64,000 bases of DNA from a virus, in IMG/VR virus record IMGVR_UViG_3300042473_001368, one strand, 5' to 3'. The first letter of the stretch is position 1. Each line of letters starts with the position of its first letter. Under the pieces are notes generated by a model, which saw only the letters and a list, made by a program, of their open reading frames with translations, had not been told where the DNA came from and did not search any database. Of the stretch, positions 26,177 to 35,417 are shown piece by piece. The position numbers were made by a program, and so were the translations under genes.

Positions 26177-26604
26177 TAATCAACCTCAATATTGTCAGTA
26201 CTAATATTCTTAGCATTGACATCAATCAGAGCATCAAGCTGTCTGATAAAGTCACGACCAATGAGTACTTTGTATTCATTGGTCTCTCTGTTTCCGACGC
26301 TAAAAGCTACATTGTCGAATTCCTGACCAGCAAATTTAACTCTGAAAGTAACAACATATCTTTCTTCGACATGTCCGCCACCGATATTAATATTAATAGT
26401 ATCTGCAATATCTTTAATAAGACGTTTGCCTCCTACTGTAGTAAATAGAATCTTGTCTCCTTGACGTGTGATATCAGTCCCATGAATTACAGGGTGAGCT
26501 GAATTACCGCTATCTACTTTTGCTGCAATTTTGCCAATACCTGCAATATCAATCTCTTCTATGAGACCAATTACGGTTGCTTCGTAAAACTTTTTGAATG
26601 ACAT
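26173..26604 (-). CDS. Retropepsin-like protease of the RimK-associated putative Zn-protease family
   Basis: IGLIEEI, AKVDSGN, EERYVV, NRETNEYKVLIGRDFI; start placed at ATG 26604. Confidence 0.8.
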   Translation of the reverse strand: MSFKKFYEATVIGLIEEIDIAGIGKIAAKVDSGNSAHPVIHGTDITRQGDKILFTTVGGKRLIKDIADTININIGGGHVEERYVVTFRVKFAGQEFDNVAFSVGNRETNEYKVLIGRDFIRQLDALIDVNAKNISTDNIEVDY

Positions 26605-26605
26605 C

Positions 26606-27004
26606 TTAGAGATTCTCATAACCGACTTGGAACATTATTGAATGATCATCATCTTGCTCAGCATCTTGGCAGCCGCAATCATCCTTGTATTTGTAGTAGT
26701 CATGAACACCACTGACATAGTCTGCAGCTTTGGCTAATTTAATTAAAGCCCATCCATCGAGATCAGATTTATGCTCGAGAATAGAAAGTAATTCAGGCGC
26801 TACTTCGCTAATTTTACGAAGCTGATTTAATGCCATTTCGATGTCAGAAGACTCGCATTCGCCAGTCTCATCTGTTTCATCTTCACTATAACCGCCTTCA
26901 AATTCTAAGTGATCAGCAGGGACATTAGTAGTAACCATGACCGGCATAGCGGCCTCGCGTATGGTACTATATGCCCTTGCTATATCATAAAGTGTATGCC
27001 TCAT
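26606..27004 (-). CDS. Acidic hypothetical late protein
   Basis: CATAAATA at 27010-27017, 5 nt upstream; MALNQL...WALIKLAKAADYV. Confidence 0.65.
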   Translation of the reverse strand: MRHTLYDIARAYSTIREAAMPVMVTTNVPADHLEFEGGYSEDETDETGECESSDIEMALNQLRKISEVAPELLSILEHKSDLDGWALIKLAKAADYVSGVHDYYKYKDDCGCQDAEQDDDHSIMFQVGYENL

Positions 27005-27031
27005 ACACTTATTTATGCTACACGGTCAGTG

Positions 27032-29539
27032 TTATTGTGCTGTTGCAGCTTTTAAGAATTTTGTTTTAAGCTCATCGATAAACTTAGGACTTAAAACAAA
27101 GCTTATTACTGACAAGTAAGGATTTTCATTATTATGTAATCTATTTTCTAGAGTCTTAATGAAACTGTCGATACGAGATTTCTCAGCGTTAATAGCGTTT
27201 TGTGTATCAGTTTTAGCTTTAGTATCTTGATCATCGATCTGAAATAGAGCTCTCTCAATATCTAACTTATATTCTTTAAGCGTAGACGTAAGAGCTGCTA
27301 CCATCTTCTTAGATTCTAAGAACTCAACTTCGCTAGCTGCATCACCGTAGAATACATCTAACATTTCGTCTAGAGTCTTAAACTTAGAGCCACGTGTTTC
27401 GATAGCATCAGTAAGCTTTTGCATTTGCTTATCAGTAAGAATAAAGATGTCAGCGTTTTTAAGAATATTATTCTTAAGCTCATTGTATAGACTCTTTCTA
27501 TATTCTTTCAATGCATCAACACCTGCCCATTGTTCAACTCTACGACGACCAAAGTCTTCGAGGTCTACTAATTTAGCAATAGCGCCTGTCTCCATATTTC
27601 TAATGATAGTACCTTCAATTTCTTTAGCACCTAAAGAAGATGGAATGCTTCTAATACTTGATAGTAAATTTCTCTTAACTAAGCTCTTAAGTCGCTCAAA
27701 CTCTTTTACAGCTTTAGCCTTTAGTATAGCTTCATCACCTGTTCTCTTTCTCGAAGCCATAGCAGCCATATTTTCTGTCGAACATACTCTAGTGATTTGC
27801 TTCTTAATAATATCCTTAATTTTAAGCTCTACAGGCTTCTTAGTATAAGCCTTCCAAGAACTCGTATCATTTATTGTTTCAGCAACTTGTGATAAGATAT
27901 CTTTACCTAGTTTTGAGGTAGTTATATCCTCACCTTTACTGGTTGTTTGTTTTACAGCACCAAAGAGAACTACAGCTCCATTACCAATAAGCTCCGGTGA
28001 GTATTCAATAACATTCATATGTGCTTTGCCGAACAACTCACCAAAAATTTGAATAGGTGCGTTTAGTCTTTCTTGTAGACTCATTAACACTTCCTTTATA
28101 TTGCTCTTATTAAGAGAATTTAAAAAGTTACCAAAACTCTCGAATACATCGTTTTCGAGATCCTTTGCTAATCGAAAGAATTCATTTGCATCTGTAATAG
28201 GGTTACCGCGTTTTGATTTAACATACAGATTATTGTTCTCATCTAAACCAAAAGATACATTTGAACCGTCGTACTTTTCAGATACCTCCCATGCATCGCT
28301 GCTAAACAGATTACAGAAATCTTTAGGTGTCATCTGATCGATGTGAGGGATAGCAACCATCTTTACAGCTTCACTTAAAATATCATCTGCTGTTTTAGTA
28401 AACAATCCGTCAATGTCCTTATTAGTTACATTGCCAAAGAATGGTAATAGGTAATTAAGAGCAGATTTCGCATCATCAAGAGACATCTGACCTACATTTC
28501 TACCTCTAGAAGGGTCAGGTATTTTTGTTTTAATATTCTTAATAAGGTTATCCCAGATCTCTTGTTTTCTTGTTTGATCGAATGTTGAAATTAGTTTAGC
28601 CATCTCAACAACATGCTTCATGTGTTCAGGTGTTTTAAATCCAAGGATGTTAGCAATAATTTGTAATTCGTTATAATCTACATTGATTGCTTCGCCGTCA
28701 GTAACAAATCTTTGAAGTTGATCGTATTGAACACCTCCGCTGCTATAACCTTTCTCCTTACCATCAACCATCCATGCAATTTTATATGCAAGACCGCTAC
28801 CACCTAATGTGTATCTTATCTTGAAAGTAACATCGCCTTTTTTACCATGTTTCTCAACAAACTTTTTGTATTGTTCGGTGTTTTGAATCAATGATCTAAG
28901 ATTCTCCATCTTCTTGTTATCAATCGGTGTTGATGAAGTTATACCTCTAATTAGAAGATCTCTAACTACACCTTTAACACCTGCAGCAATATCTGCAAAG
29001 CTAGAAAACTGTGTAAATTTAAGGAAATCTTCCTTCTCTGACATATCGACAATATCAATCTGAATGACCTGACTTGAATCACCAACAACTACAGCGACAT
29101 TAGCTTCTCCACCAGCTGCAGCAGCTGCATACTTACCTGTAAATTCGCTATTTAAGAATTTAGCTATATCAGATGCACTAACACCTTGCGTATAATGTAC
29201 ATCGAGATCGATGTCACCGAAATCCTTTTTATTTTGAAGTGCTTTGTCGATTATTTCTGGAGTTTCAATCTCATTAGGCTCGGGAGCCATAAGACCAGCC
29301 TTAATCGCAAACAATCTGCTACTGCCTAGAACATAAGACGGTTCTTTTGCATCAATAAATCTGTTTTTTCTTAAGATAGATAACAGACTTTGTACCTCGT
29401 CTAGCACTGTAGGTGACACTGTAGCGCGTGCATATTTTAGTTTCTGATTACCTGTTGCTGCAATTAAACCGTTAACTAAATTGTCAGCCGCTTGACCGCC
29501 CTCTAACAACATTCTAAAATATGTTTTAAAATTTATCAT
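27032..29539 (-). CDS. Nucleotidyltransferase (Pol beta fold) fused to an RNA/DNA ligase-like adenylation domain
   Basis: N-half LGSS, FGDIDLDV, IQIDIV. C-half SEKYDGSN (motif I), IFGELFG (III), EIEGTIIR (IV), AKLV (V). CATAAATA at 29549-29556. Confidence 0.7.
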   Translation of the reverse strand: MINFKTYFRMLLEGGQAADNLVNGLIAATGNQKLKYARATVSPTVLDEVQSLLSILRKNRFIDAKEPSYVLGSSRLFAIKAGLMAPEPNEIETPEIIDKALQNKKDFGDIDLDVHYTQGVSASDIAKFLNSEFTGKYAAAAAGGEANVAVVVGDSSQVIQIDIVDMSEKEDFLKFTQFSSFADIAAGVKGVVRDLLIRGITSSTPIDNKKMENLRSLIQNTEQYKKFVEKHGKKGDVTFKIRYTLGGSGLAYKIAWMVDGKEKGYSSGGVQYDQLQRFVTDGEAINVDYNELQIIANILGFKTPEHMKHVVEMAKLISTFDQTRKQEIWDNLIKNIKTKIPDPSRGRNVGQMSLDDAKSALNYLLPFFGNVTNKDIDGLFTKTADDILSEAVKMVAIPHIDQMTPKDFCNLFSSDAWEVSEKYDGSNVSFGLDENNNLYVKSKRGNPITDANEFFRLAKDLENDVFESFGNFLNSLNKSNIKEVLMSLQERLNAPIQIFGELFGKAHMNVIEYSPELIGNGAVVLFGAVKQTTSKGEDITTSKLGKDILSQVAETINDTSSWKAYTKKPVELKIKDIIKKQITRVCSTENMAAMASRKRTGDEAILKAKAVKEFERLKSLVKRNLLSSIRSIPSSLGAKEIEGTIIRNMETGAIAKLVDLEDFGRRRVEQWAGVDALKEYRKSLYNELKNNILKNADIFILTDKQMQKLTDAIETRGSKFKTLDEMLDVFYGDAASEVEFLESKKMVAALTSTLKEYKLDIERALFQIDDQDTKAKTDTQNAINAEKSRIDSFIKTLENRLHNNENPYLSVISFVLSPKFIDELKTKFLKAATAQ

Positions 29540-29557
29540 TATATTTGTTATTTATGT

Positions 29558-30760
29558 TTATACATCAGAAAGAAGCGAACCTACTTTTATATCTTTTGTA
29601 TCTACTTTACCCGCTGAAATACGCTGCTTTTTAAGATCTCTCTCAACATCCTGCGCTGACCTACGAACCATATTTGAATCTTTATCCACATTAGCTTGTA
29701 GTGAAAAGCCAAATCCATCAGTTCTTACTGCAGTTCGTATACTACTTGGAAGATTATTTATACGGTTCCACACATCTTCTATATTTGATAGATCTTTAAA
29801 ATTAATAAACTGCATCCAGATATTATTACCTCCTAGTTTATCATTAAATGCAATCATCGAATCAAATTTTTGCGCTTCTTTATACGCTAACAGTTGAACC
29901 ACGCCTGCTATTTTTACAATAATACTAAGTGATGGGAATTTACCCTTTCGTTTAAAGTAAATGTAATTTTCTACAACTTCGTTTTTTATATCTTCTGTAC
30001 TTATAAGAGCTTGGACCTCACTATTGTACTTGTCCGTGCCTGACAGCTTACCTACTGTATCAGCTACACCACCCAATAACTCCACGTCATTTTTGAAGTC
30101 ACCATCAGCCAGTTCGTTTAATGCTTCCACAGGATCAATCTTTCCACTCTTATACAGTCTTCCATTATAGCCCTTTAATTCTATATCTTCGCTACCTACT
30201 CGTAAGTCTCCTTTTTGCGGCTTGACACCGTTGCAGAAAAACGCTAAAAACAATTCGCCTGAACCAGCTCTACCCATTACAGCAGCAGCAGGACTAGTAG
30301 CCCACGCTTCTTTAAAATACTTATTATTTACATTTACATTATCGCCATAGATTTCTTCAATAAAACTATCAAGCATAATGCCTTCGTTATTTTCAATACA
30401 CTTGAGAATGAATTCTTCTCCTTTTTTTAGCGTATCTTCGTCTATAAGAAACCCACCGTCTTCTACATAGCTTTGAAACGTATTTAAATTATCAGAAGTA
30501 GCTCCATTATTTTTCTTAAGAACTGTTTGAATGATCTTTCTTGTTCCAATTGAATTAGTAGAACCGAGTTTGATATATTTTTTAAGTGTATCATTATAAA
30601 ACTCATCGTCAATATCACCTACTAATTCATAGTCATCACCTTTCTTCTGATATAATGAAACACTTTCATTATATCCTTTTACAAGGTGTCTGCTTTCTGC
30701 GAGGTGCCCGATAGGCGCTACAGTTTCTTTGTATAATTTGCTTAGTTCTCTATTAGACAT
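29558..30760 (-). CDS. Putative PD-(D/E)xK nuclease-fold protein
   Basis: GSGELFL...KGDL...IELKG spacing matches the E...D...ExK catalytic pattern. Confidence 0.5.
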   Translation of the reverse strand: MSNRELSKLYKETVAPIGHLAESRHLVKGYNESVSLYQKKGDDYELVGDIDDEFYNDTLKKYIKLGSTNSIGTRKIIQTVLKKNNGATSDNLNTFQSYVEDGGFLIDEDTLKKGEEFILKCIENNEGIMLDSFIEEIYGDNVNVNNKYFKEAWATSPAAAVMGRAGSGELFLAFFCNGVKPQKGDLRVGSEDIELKGYNGRLYKSGKIDPVEALNELADGDFKNDVELLGGVADTVGKLSGTDKYNSEVQALISTEDIKNEVVENYIYFKRKGKFPSLSIIVKIAGVVQLLAYKEAQKFDSMIAFNDKLGGNNIWMQFINFKDLSNIEDVWNRINNLPSSIRTAVRTDGFGFSLQANVDKDSNMVRRSAQDVERDLKKQRISAGKVDTKDIKVGSLLSDV

Positions 30761-31490
30761 CTTTTAAATCAATTTCTGGTTCTTCTGTTGGGGAGTCGAG
30801 TTCTTCCAGATTATCCTCAAGTTCGCTATCTTCAAGAGATTGATTTAGTGTTTTTGCAATAAAGTTCTCAATCTTTGTAGGCTCAACTTCGGTAAACTCA
30901 TCAACTACAGGTTTGAGCATCATAAGCTCTTCGTCAGTTGGTTTATGCGCTAATGCTTTAAGTATAAGTTCTTTATAAAGCGGGAAGATTTCTTCTAGAG
31001 ACAATTCTGATTTTTTTGCAGGAACTGGAGCTTCACCTTCTACCGGAGCAGTAGGTTGCTCTTGCGTATCTTGTTGAGGTTCTGTAGCATCTGCTGGTTG
31101 CTCAAGTAATACCATCAACTTATTAATAAACTTAATCGTCTTTGATTCTGTCTTAAGAGATGGTTGATTATTTTTAAGCTCTCTGCATAAGCTGTTATCA
31201 ATACATATAATATTAGTAATATCAGCAACTATTTTAGAGATAGGCACATTAACAGACTTTGATAGACGTTGTATATCGTTAGCAATAGTTTGCTGAGTCT
31301 CGCGACTGAACAGCGTTGGATTAAAAATAAAAGCATGAGTCAATATTTTGATCATATACTTTTGATTTTCAGGCATTACAGGTGCAGCAGCTGGTGGCTC
31401 AGCCATTGCAGCTGCGTTAGGATCTTCACCTGGCTCCTGTTCGTTTAACAGCTTAAAATATTGTTCGAAAATTTTATTTGTCTTTTTCAT
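30753..31490 (-). CDS. Acidic hypothetical protein with two-fold internal repeat
   Basis: LLNEQ-(P/A linker)-KYMIKILTHAFIFNPT and LLEQ-(P/Q linker)-LYKELILKALAHKPT. Confidence 0.65.
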   Translation of the reverse strand: MKKTNKIFEQYFKLLNEQEPGEDPNAAAMAEPPAAAPVMPENQKYMIKILTHAFIFNPTLFSRETQQTIANDIQRLSKSVNVPISKIVADITNIICIDNSLCRELKNNQPSLKTESKTIKFINKLMVLLEQPADATEPQQDTQEQPTAPVEGEAPVPAKKSELSLEEIFPLYKELILKALAHKPTDEELMMLKPVVDEFTEVEPTKIENFIAKTLNQSLEDSELEDNLEELDSPTEEPEIDLKDV

Positions 31491-31492
31491 AA

Positions 31493-31921
31493 TTATCGGG
31501 TTACATTGTAATTCATTGATCCTGAATCAAACTTACTAATAGCATTAGCTAAATTAAGTGTCATAGCGTTATACTTATCAATAGCTTTTGAAGCTACATC
31601 CTCTCTTTTTTTGACCGCTGCTTTAGCTTTACCTGCACTGCTGAACGAGTTAAATCTACCACCGAAATTTGGCTTTGAAGCAAGTCCTTCAACTCCTTTA
31701 TCAATTGAATATGAAATATCCTCAGCTTCTTCTTCATCTGTGTCATCGATAATAGCAAGCTTGATAGGTGTATTGTCTACAGTGATAGTAATCATATCAC
31801 CATCTGTACTTACATCAACGCTGTTAATTAAGTTTAAAAGCTCCGCAAGTTTATGTACCATCTCCTGTCTATCTGAATTTTGTGGATCTACTTGCTCTAG
31901 AATCTTGAGAAATTTACTCAT
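31493..31921 (-). CDS. Hypothetical late protein
   Basis: AATAAATA at 31927-31934, 5 nt upstream; begins MSKFLKILEQ. Confidence 0.7.
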   Translation of the reverse strand: MSKFLKILEQVDPQNSDRQEMVHKLAELLNLINSVDVSTDGDMITITVDNTPIKLAIIDDTDEEEAEDISYSIDKGVEGLASKPNFGGRFNSFSSAGKAKAAVKKREDVASKAIDKYNAMTLNLANAISKFDSGSMNYNVTR

Positions 31922-31929
31922 ATGTGTAT

Positions 31930-32376
31930 TTATTTCAACAGTGCAAGTTTATTCATACAATCAGTCAAAACATGTTCATCGACATACTTTAGATTATAGC
32001 TCTTAGCAAAGTCTTTTAGCTTTTTTATAAAATTTTTAGGTTTTAATACCTTACTAATACATAAAATTTTAAAAACTTTCTGAATATAAGGTAAAATATC
32101 CTTACTAACCAGTCTTTTTTTAAAAATATACTCTATTTGACAGTGAATATTTAACTTTTTTTGTTCTATATAATGAACTATAACGTTATGATAGAACAGA
32201 CTCTCAACATCTTTCACTGTTAGATCATAAGGTACACCTATTAAATCACACTGATAATACGTTTGTGTAATAGAATCATCAATTATTTTATTGAGATCAA
32301 TAGGTCTACAGTGTCGAAGGTCTGTGTTTTGGTCTTGAGACCCTAATGTTGATAATGCCATTGTAGTATTGTTCAT
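31930..32376 (-). CDS. Hypothetical protein (start uncertain)
   Basis: Fills the gap between genes; candidate starts overlap the upstream gene. Confidence 0.5.
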   Translation of the reverse strand: MNNTTMALSTLGSQDQNTDLRHCRPIDLNKIIDDSITQTYYQCDLIGVPYDLTVKDVESLFYHNVIVHYIEQKKLNIHCQIEYIFKKRLVSKDILPYIQKVFKILCISKVLKPKNFIKKLKDFAKSYNLKYVDEHVLTDCMNKLALLK

Positions 32377-32731
32377 TAAACAGAACCTCTCTTTCAATTT
32401 GCATTTTAATCTCACTGTAAGCTAAATCAAATTTTGATTCACACCACTTCAATATTTCAAATGTAAAGTTAGCTTTACCATGAGTAACAATATCTTCATT
32501 TAACTCTCTGCAAGATGATGTATAATCCTTCCAATCTGTCTCTTTTTCTTCGTGTCTTTTGTTCTTTTTACCTTTTAATGGCTTACGTTTAAGGATTGTT
32601 AGACATTGCTTTTTACCAATATACTTTTTACCTGTTAAATTATTTGTTATAAGGTAGATAAATCCATAAGGCTTATCAAGATTTTGATGTGACTCAAGTG
32701 AAAGTGACCAATGACCGAAATTTTTTTCCAT
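32306..32731 (-). CDS. GIY-YIG endonuclease, endonuclease II (DenA)-like
   Basis: YGFIYLITNNLTGKKYIGKKQ, WKDYTSS, FEIL, YYNGII; single short domain. Confidence 0.8.
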   Translation of the reverse strand: MEKNFGHWSLSLESHQNLDKPYGFIYLITNNLTGKKYIGKKQCLTILKRKPLKGKKNKRHEEKETDWKDYTSSCRELNEDIVTHGKANFTFEILKWCESKFDLAYSEIKMQIEREVLFNEQYYNGIINIRVSRPKHRPSTL

Positions 32732-32802
32732 ATACAGTTGACTTTTGAAACAATAGAGTAAATAAATCTGAGGATTAAGAGATAAAGAAAGACGACATAA
32801 TA

Positions 32803-33012
32803 TTATTTCGTTTTATTTTTATGTTTTCTTTTAGATTTACGTCCGACCTTACCTCTACGCGATGTTACACCTAATAATTTTGGTACGCGTGAATCGCCTG
32901 GTGCATAAAAATCTGATCCAGATATACTATCAGTTGATCCTGGTGATCCTCCAAGTGCATCAGATACAGTTATATCTTCGTAAAATTGCTTAAATGTTCT
33001 GTGCTTACTCAT
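32803..33012 (-). CDS. 69-aa late protein with capsid-like YAPGDSR motif and basic tail
   Basis: Start placed at ATG 33012, 8 nt after CATAAATA (33021-33028); MSKHRTFKQFYED...DFYAPGDSRVPKLLG...RKSKRKHKNKTK. Confidence 0.75.
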   Translation of the reverse strand: MSKHRTFKQFYEDITVSDALGGSPGSTDSISGSDFYAPGDSRVPKLLGVTSRRGKVGRKSKRKHKNKTK

Positions 33013-33056
33013 TATAATTTTATTTATGCAACAAATTATAGTATACAACACTACAG

Positions 33057-33084
33057 TTGATTAATGTGAAACAATAGTTATAAT
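33057..33084 (+). promoter_or_regulatory. Early promoter TTGATT-N16-TATAAT, 6 nt before the uvsY GTG
   Basis: Read directly. Confidence 0.85.
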
Positions 33085-33090
33085 TACATC

Positions 33091-33486
33091 GTGGATTTGA
33101 TTAAAAAATATAAAGAGGAGATTGGTAATGACCTCGTTATTAATGATTTTAACATTAAAGAAGTACAATTACGTTTACCGGCTCGTAAACATTTCTGGGC
33201 TGCTCGTCTAATTGATGCAAAAATTGAACTACATTCATTACAAAAACAGAAAAAAGCGCTTAAAAAACAAATAGTTAAACGTCTTCAACAGGAAGCACCT
33301 ATTAAATTAACGCAACAATCTGCAGAAATAGCTGCTGAATCATCAAATGAGATTGGTTCATTGAACGATCAGATCAAAGAATATGAGTTCATTATTGAGT
33401 ATCTTGATAAAGCTACATCAGTACTAAACCAAGTGGGTTGGGATATTAAAAATATCATTGAAATTCAAAAACTTGAACAGCTTTGA
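33091..33486 (+). CDS. uvsY: Recombination mediator
   Basis: Helical 131 aa upstream of uvsW; IEYLDK...GWDIKNIIE terminus. Confidence 0.82.
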   Translation: MDLIKKYKEEIGNDLVINDFNIKEVQLRLPARKHFWAARLIDAKIELHSLQKQKKALKKQIVKRLQQEAPIKLTQQSAEIAAESSNEIGSLNDQIKEYEFIIEYLDKATSVLNQVGWDIKNIIEIQKLEQL

Positions 33487-34913
33487 TAGAATTAGACTAC
33501 AATAAGAGTACACAGAAGCTTCTCATCAAAGGAGATAGTGATGTATTTTCGCAGATTCGTGAGTATTTTTCAGTACCAAACGAGGTACCAGCCTTTGTAA
33601 GACGTAGATATCGTCATATTGCTAGTAGAAAGTACATCATTACACCTACTGGACAGTGTGATCTAGGGTTATATTGGCAGATTAGACAGTTTCTTATTGC
33701 AAAATCTATCAATATACCTGTGATTTTGAGTGAAACACTACAAAAAGCCCTTGAAACACCTGGTATTGGTGAGGTTTTTACTGGTTTGACGTACGAATTA
33801 CGTGATTATCAGTATGAAACAGTGAAAAACTCACTAAAAGTAGGTAGAGGCCTGTGTATTCTTGGTACAGGTGCAGGAAAAACACTAACAACTGCGTCTT
33901 TAATTGAGAATTTCTACAGAAACTGTGCAAATCCAGTGACTTTTAAGTGTTTATTGGTAGTTCCCGACTTAGGACTGGTAAAACAGACGTATGATGAGTT
34001 AAATTTGTATGGAATCACCTATTCTACGACGAAATGGACAGGATCTGACACTCCAGACATGAATTCTAATGTAATTATATGTAATACTGGTGTATTATGT
34101 AGTAGATTCGACACAGAAGAGTGGGTAAAGTATGTAGATCTACTGGTTGTTGATGAAGTACACAAGGCTAAACACGGAAATGAGCTTAGTAAAATTGTTT
34201 CTAAGGTTAAAACACACAGAAAATTCGGTTTTACAGGTACACTACCACAAGATAAGCTCGAAGTTTGGTCATTATATGGTAAATTTGGACCTGTATTGTA
34301 TGAAAAACCGAGTGTAGAGCTTCGTGAAGAGAAGTTCTTAACAAATGTAGAGATAAATATACTAGGATTGCATTACAATGCACATGTTCCTAAGTTAACA
34401 GATAGTAAGTATAGAGATGAACTGGAATTTATTACTAATAACGAGCAAAGAAACACTTTATTATACAAGTTGTGTAATAAACTCACTAACAACACTCTTA
34501 TTCTTGTCAATCAGATTGTACACGGCGAGGTTTTATATGAGACCTTAAGTAAAGATACAACAAAAGCTGTCTTTTTTATATCTGGCTCAATGGAAGTAGC
34601 AGATAGAGATAAGATTAAACAGATAATGGAGACATCAGACAATGTTGTATGTATAGCTATCAGTGCTATCTTCTCGACAGGTGTCAATATTAAGAACATC
34701 CACAATATTATTTTTGCCAGTGGTGGTAAATCCTTTATTAGAACTGTACAATCTATAGGTCGTGGACTGAGATTACACGAAAGTAAGTCATTACTCAACA
34801 TATACGACATTCGAGATGAGTTGGAGTATGGTAGATCACATAGCGATAAGCGAAAAGATATATACAAGAAAGAACATATCAAGTTTATTGAAAAGAGTAT
34901 AAAATTAACTTGA
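33483..34913 (+). CDS. uvsW: SF2 DNA/RNA helicase
   Basis: LRDYQ, GTGAGKT, VDEVH, FGFTGT, FSTGVNIKNIHNIIF, QSIGRGLRLH. Confidence 0.95.
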   Translation: MIELDYNKSTQKLLIKGDSDVFSQIREYFSVPNEVPAFVRRRYRHIASRKYIITPTGQCDLGLYWQIRQFLIAKSINIPVILSETLQKALETPGIGEVFTGLTYELRDYQYETVKNSLKVGRGLCILGTGAGKTLTTASLIENFYRNCANPVTFKCLLVVPDLGLVKQTYDELNLYGITYSTTKWTGSDTPDMNSNVIICNTGVLCSRFDTEEWVKYVDLLVVDEVHKAKHGNELSKIVSKVKTHRKFGFTGTLPQDKLEVWSLYGKFGPVLYEKPSVELREEKFLTNVEINILGLHYNAHVPKLTDSKYRDELEFITNNEQRNTLLYKLCNKLTNNTLILVNQIVHGEVLYETLSKDTTKAVFFISGSMEVADRDKIKQIMETSDNVVCIAISAIFSTGVNIKNIHNIIFASGGKSFIRTVQSIGRGLRLHESKSLLNIYDIRDELEYGRSHSDKRKDIYKKEHIKFIEKSIKLT

Positions 34914-34937
34914 TTAAGCTATACACTAAAATATAAT
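34910..34937 (+). promoter_or_regulatory. Early promoter TTGATT-N16-TATAAT, 6 nt before the gp55 ATG
   Basis: Read directly. Confidence 0.85.
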
Positions 34938-34943
34938 AGGCGT

Positions 34944-35417
34944 ATGGCTAAAAATAAAGATAAGGAGAAGTACTATGTTGACCCAAAGGTGTTTAGTAGA
35001 TCTCTTAGAACATTTTACGAATCCGACAATCTTACTGATGATCTAGCTGAAAACATTAATAAGATCGCTTATGGTCTGAGTTATAGTAGCTCTTTTATCA
35101 ACTATACATACAAAGAAGAGATGATAGGCGATGCTCTTATTAAAATGTACTCAGCTCTTAAGCGAAAAAAGTATAGCTTTGATAAGCGAACTGAAAGAGG
35201 TGGTGAAGATGAGTGCAATCCATTCTCATATTTTACTACTATTGCATATAACGCATTTGTTAACCGTATTAAAAAAGAAAAACGTCATCATGAAGCGGAA
35301 AAGAATTACCGTGAACGAGTTTATGCTGAAATTATGAGTGATCCTAAGACATGTAACAACCTTGTTTATGTATCACCTACAAAAAGCGACGATGACGACT
35401 ACTACAATGAAGATTAA
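34944..35417 (+). CDS. gp55: Late-transcription sigma factor
   Basis: YYVD, IAYGLSY..SFINYTYKEEMIGDA, NPFSYFTTIAYNAFVNRIKKEK. Confidence 0.93.
   Translation: MAKNKDKEKYYVDPKVFSRSLRTFYESDNLTDDLAENINKIAYGLSYSSSFINYTYKEEMIGDALIKMYSALKRKKYSFDKRTERGGEDECNPFSYFTTIAYNAFVNRIKKEKRHHEAEKNYRERVYAEIMSDPKTCNNLVYVSPTKSDDDDYYNED

Noticed and set aside
32306-32731. Third mobile homing endonuclease
   Set aside because: Short single GIY-YIG domain without a DNA-binding tail, co-oriented with its operon; fits a DenA-like host-DNA nuclease better.
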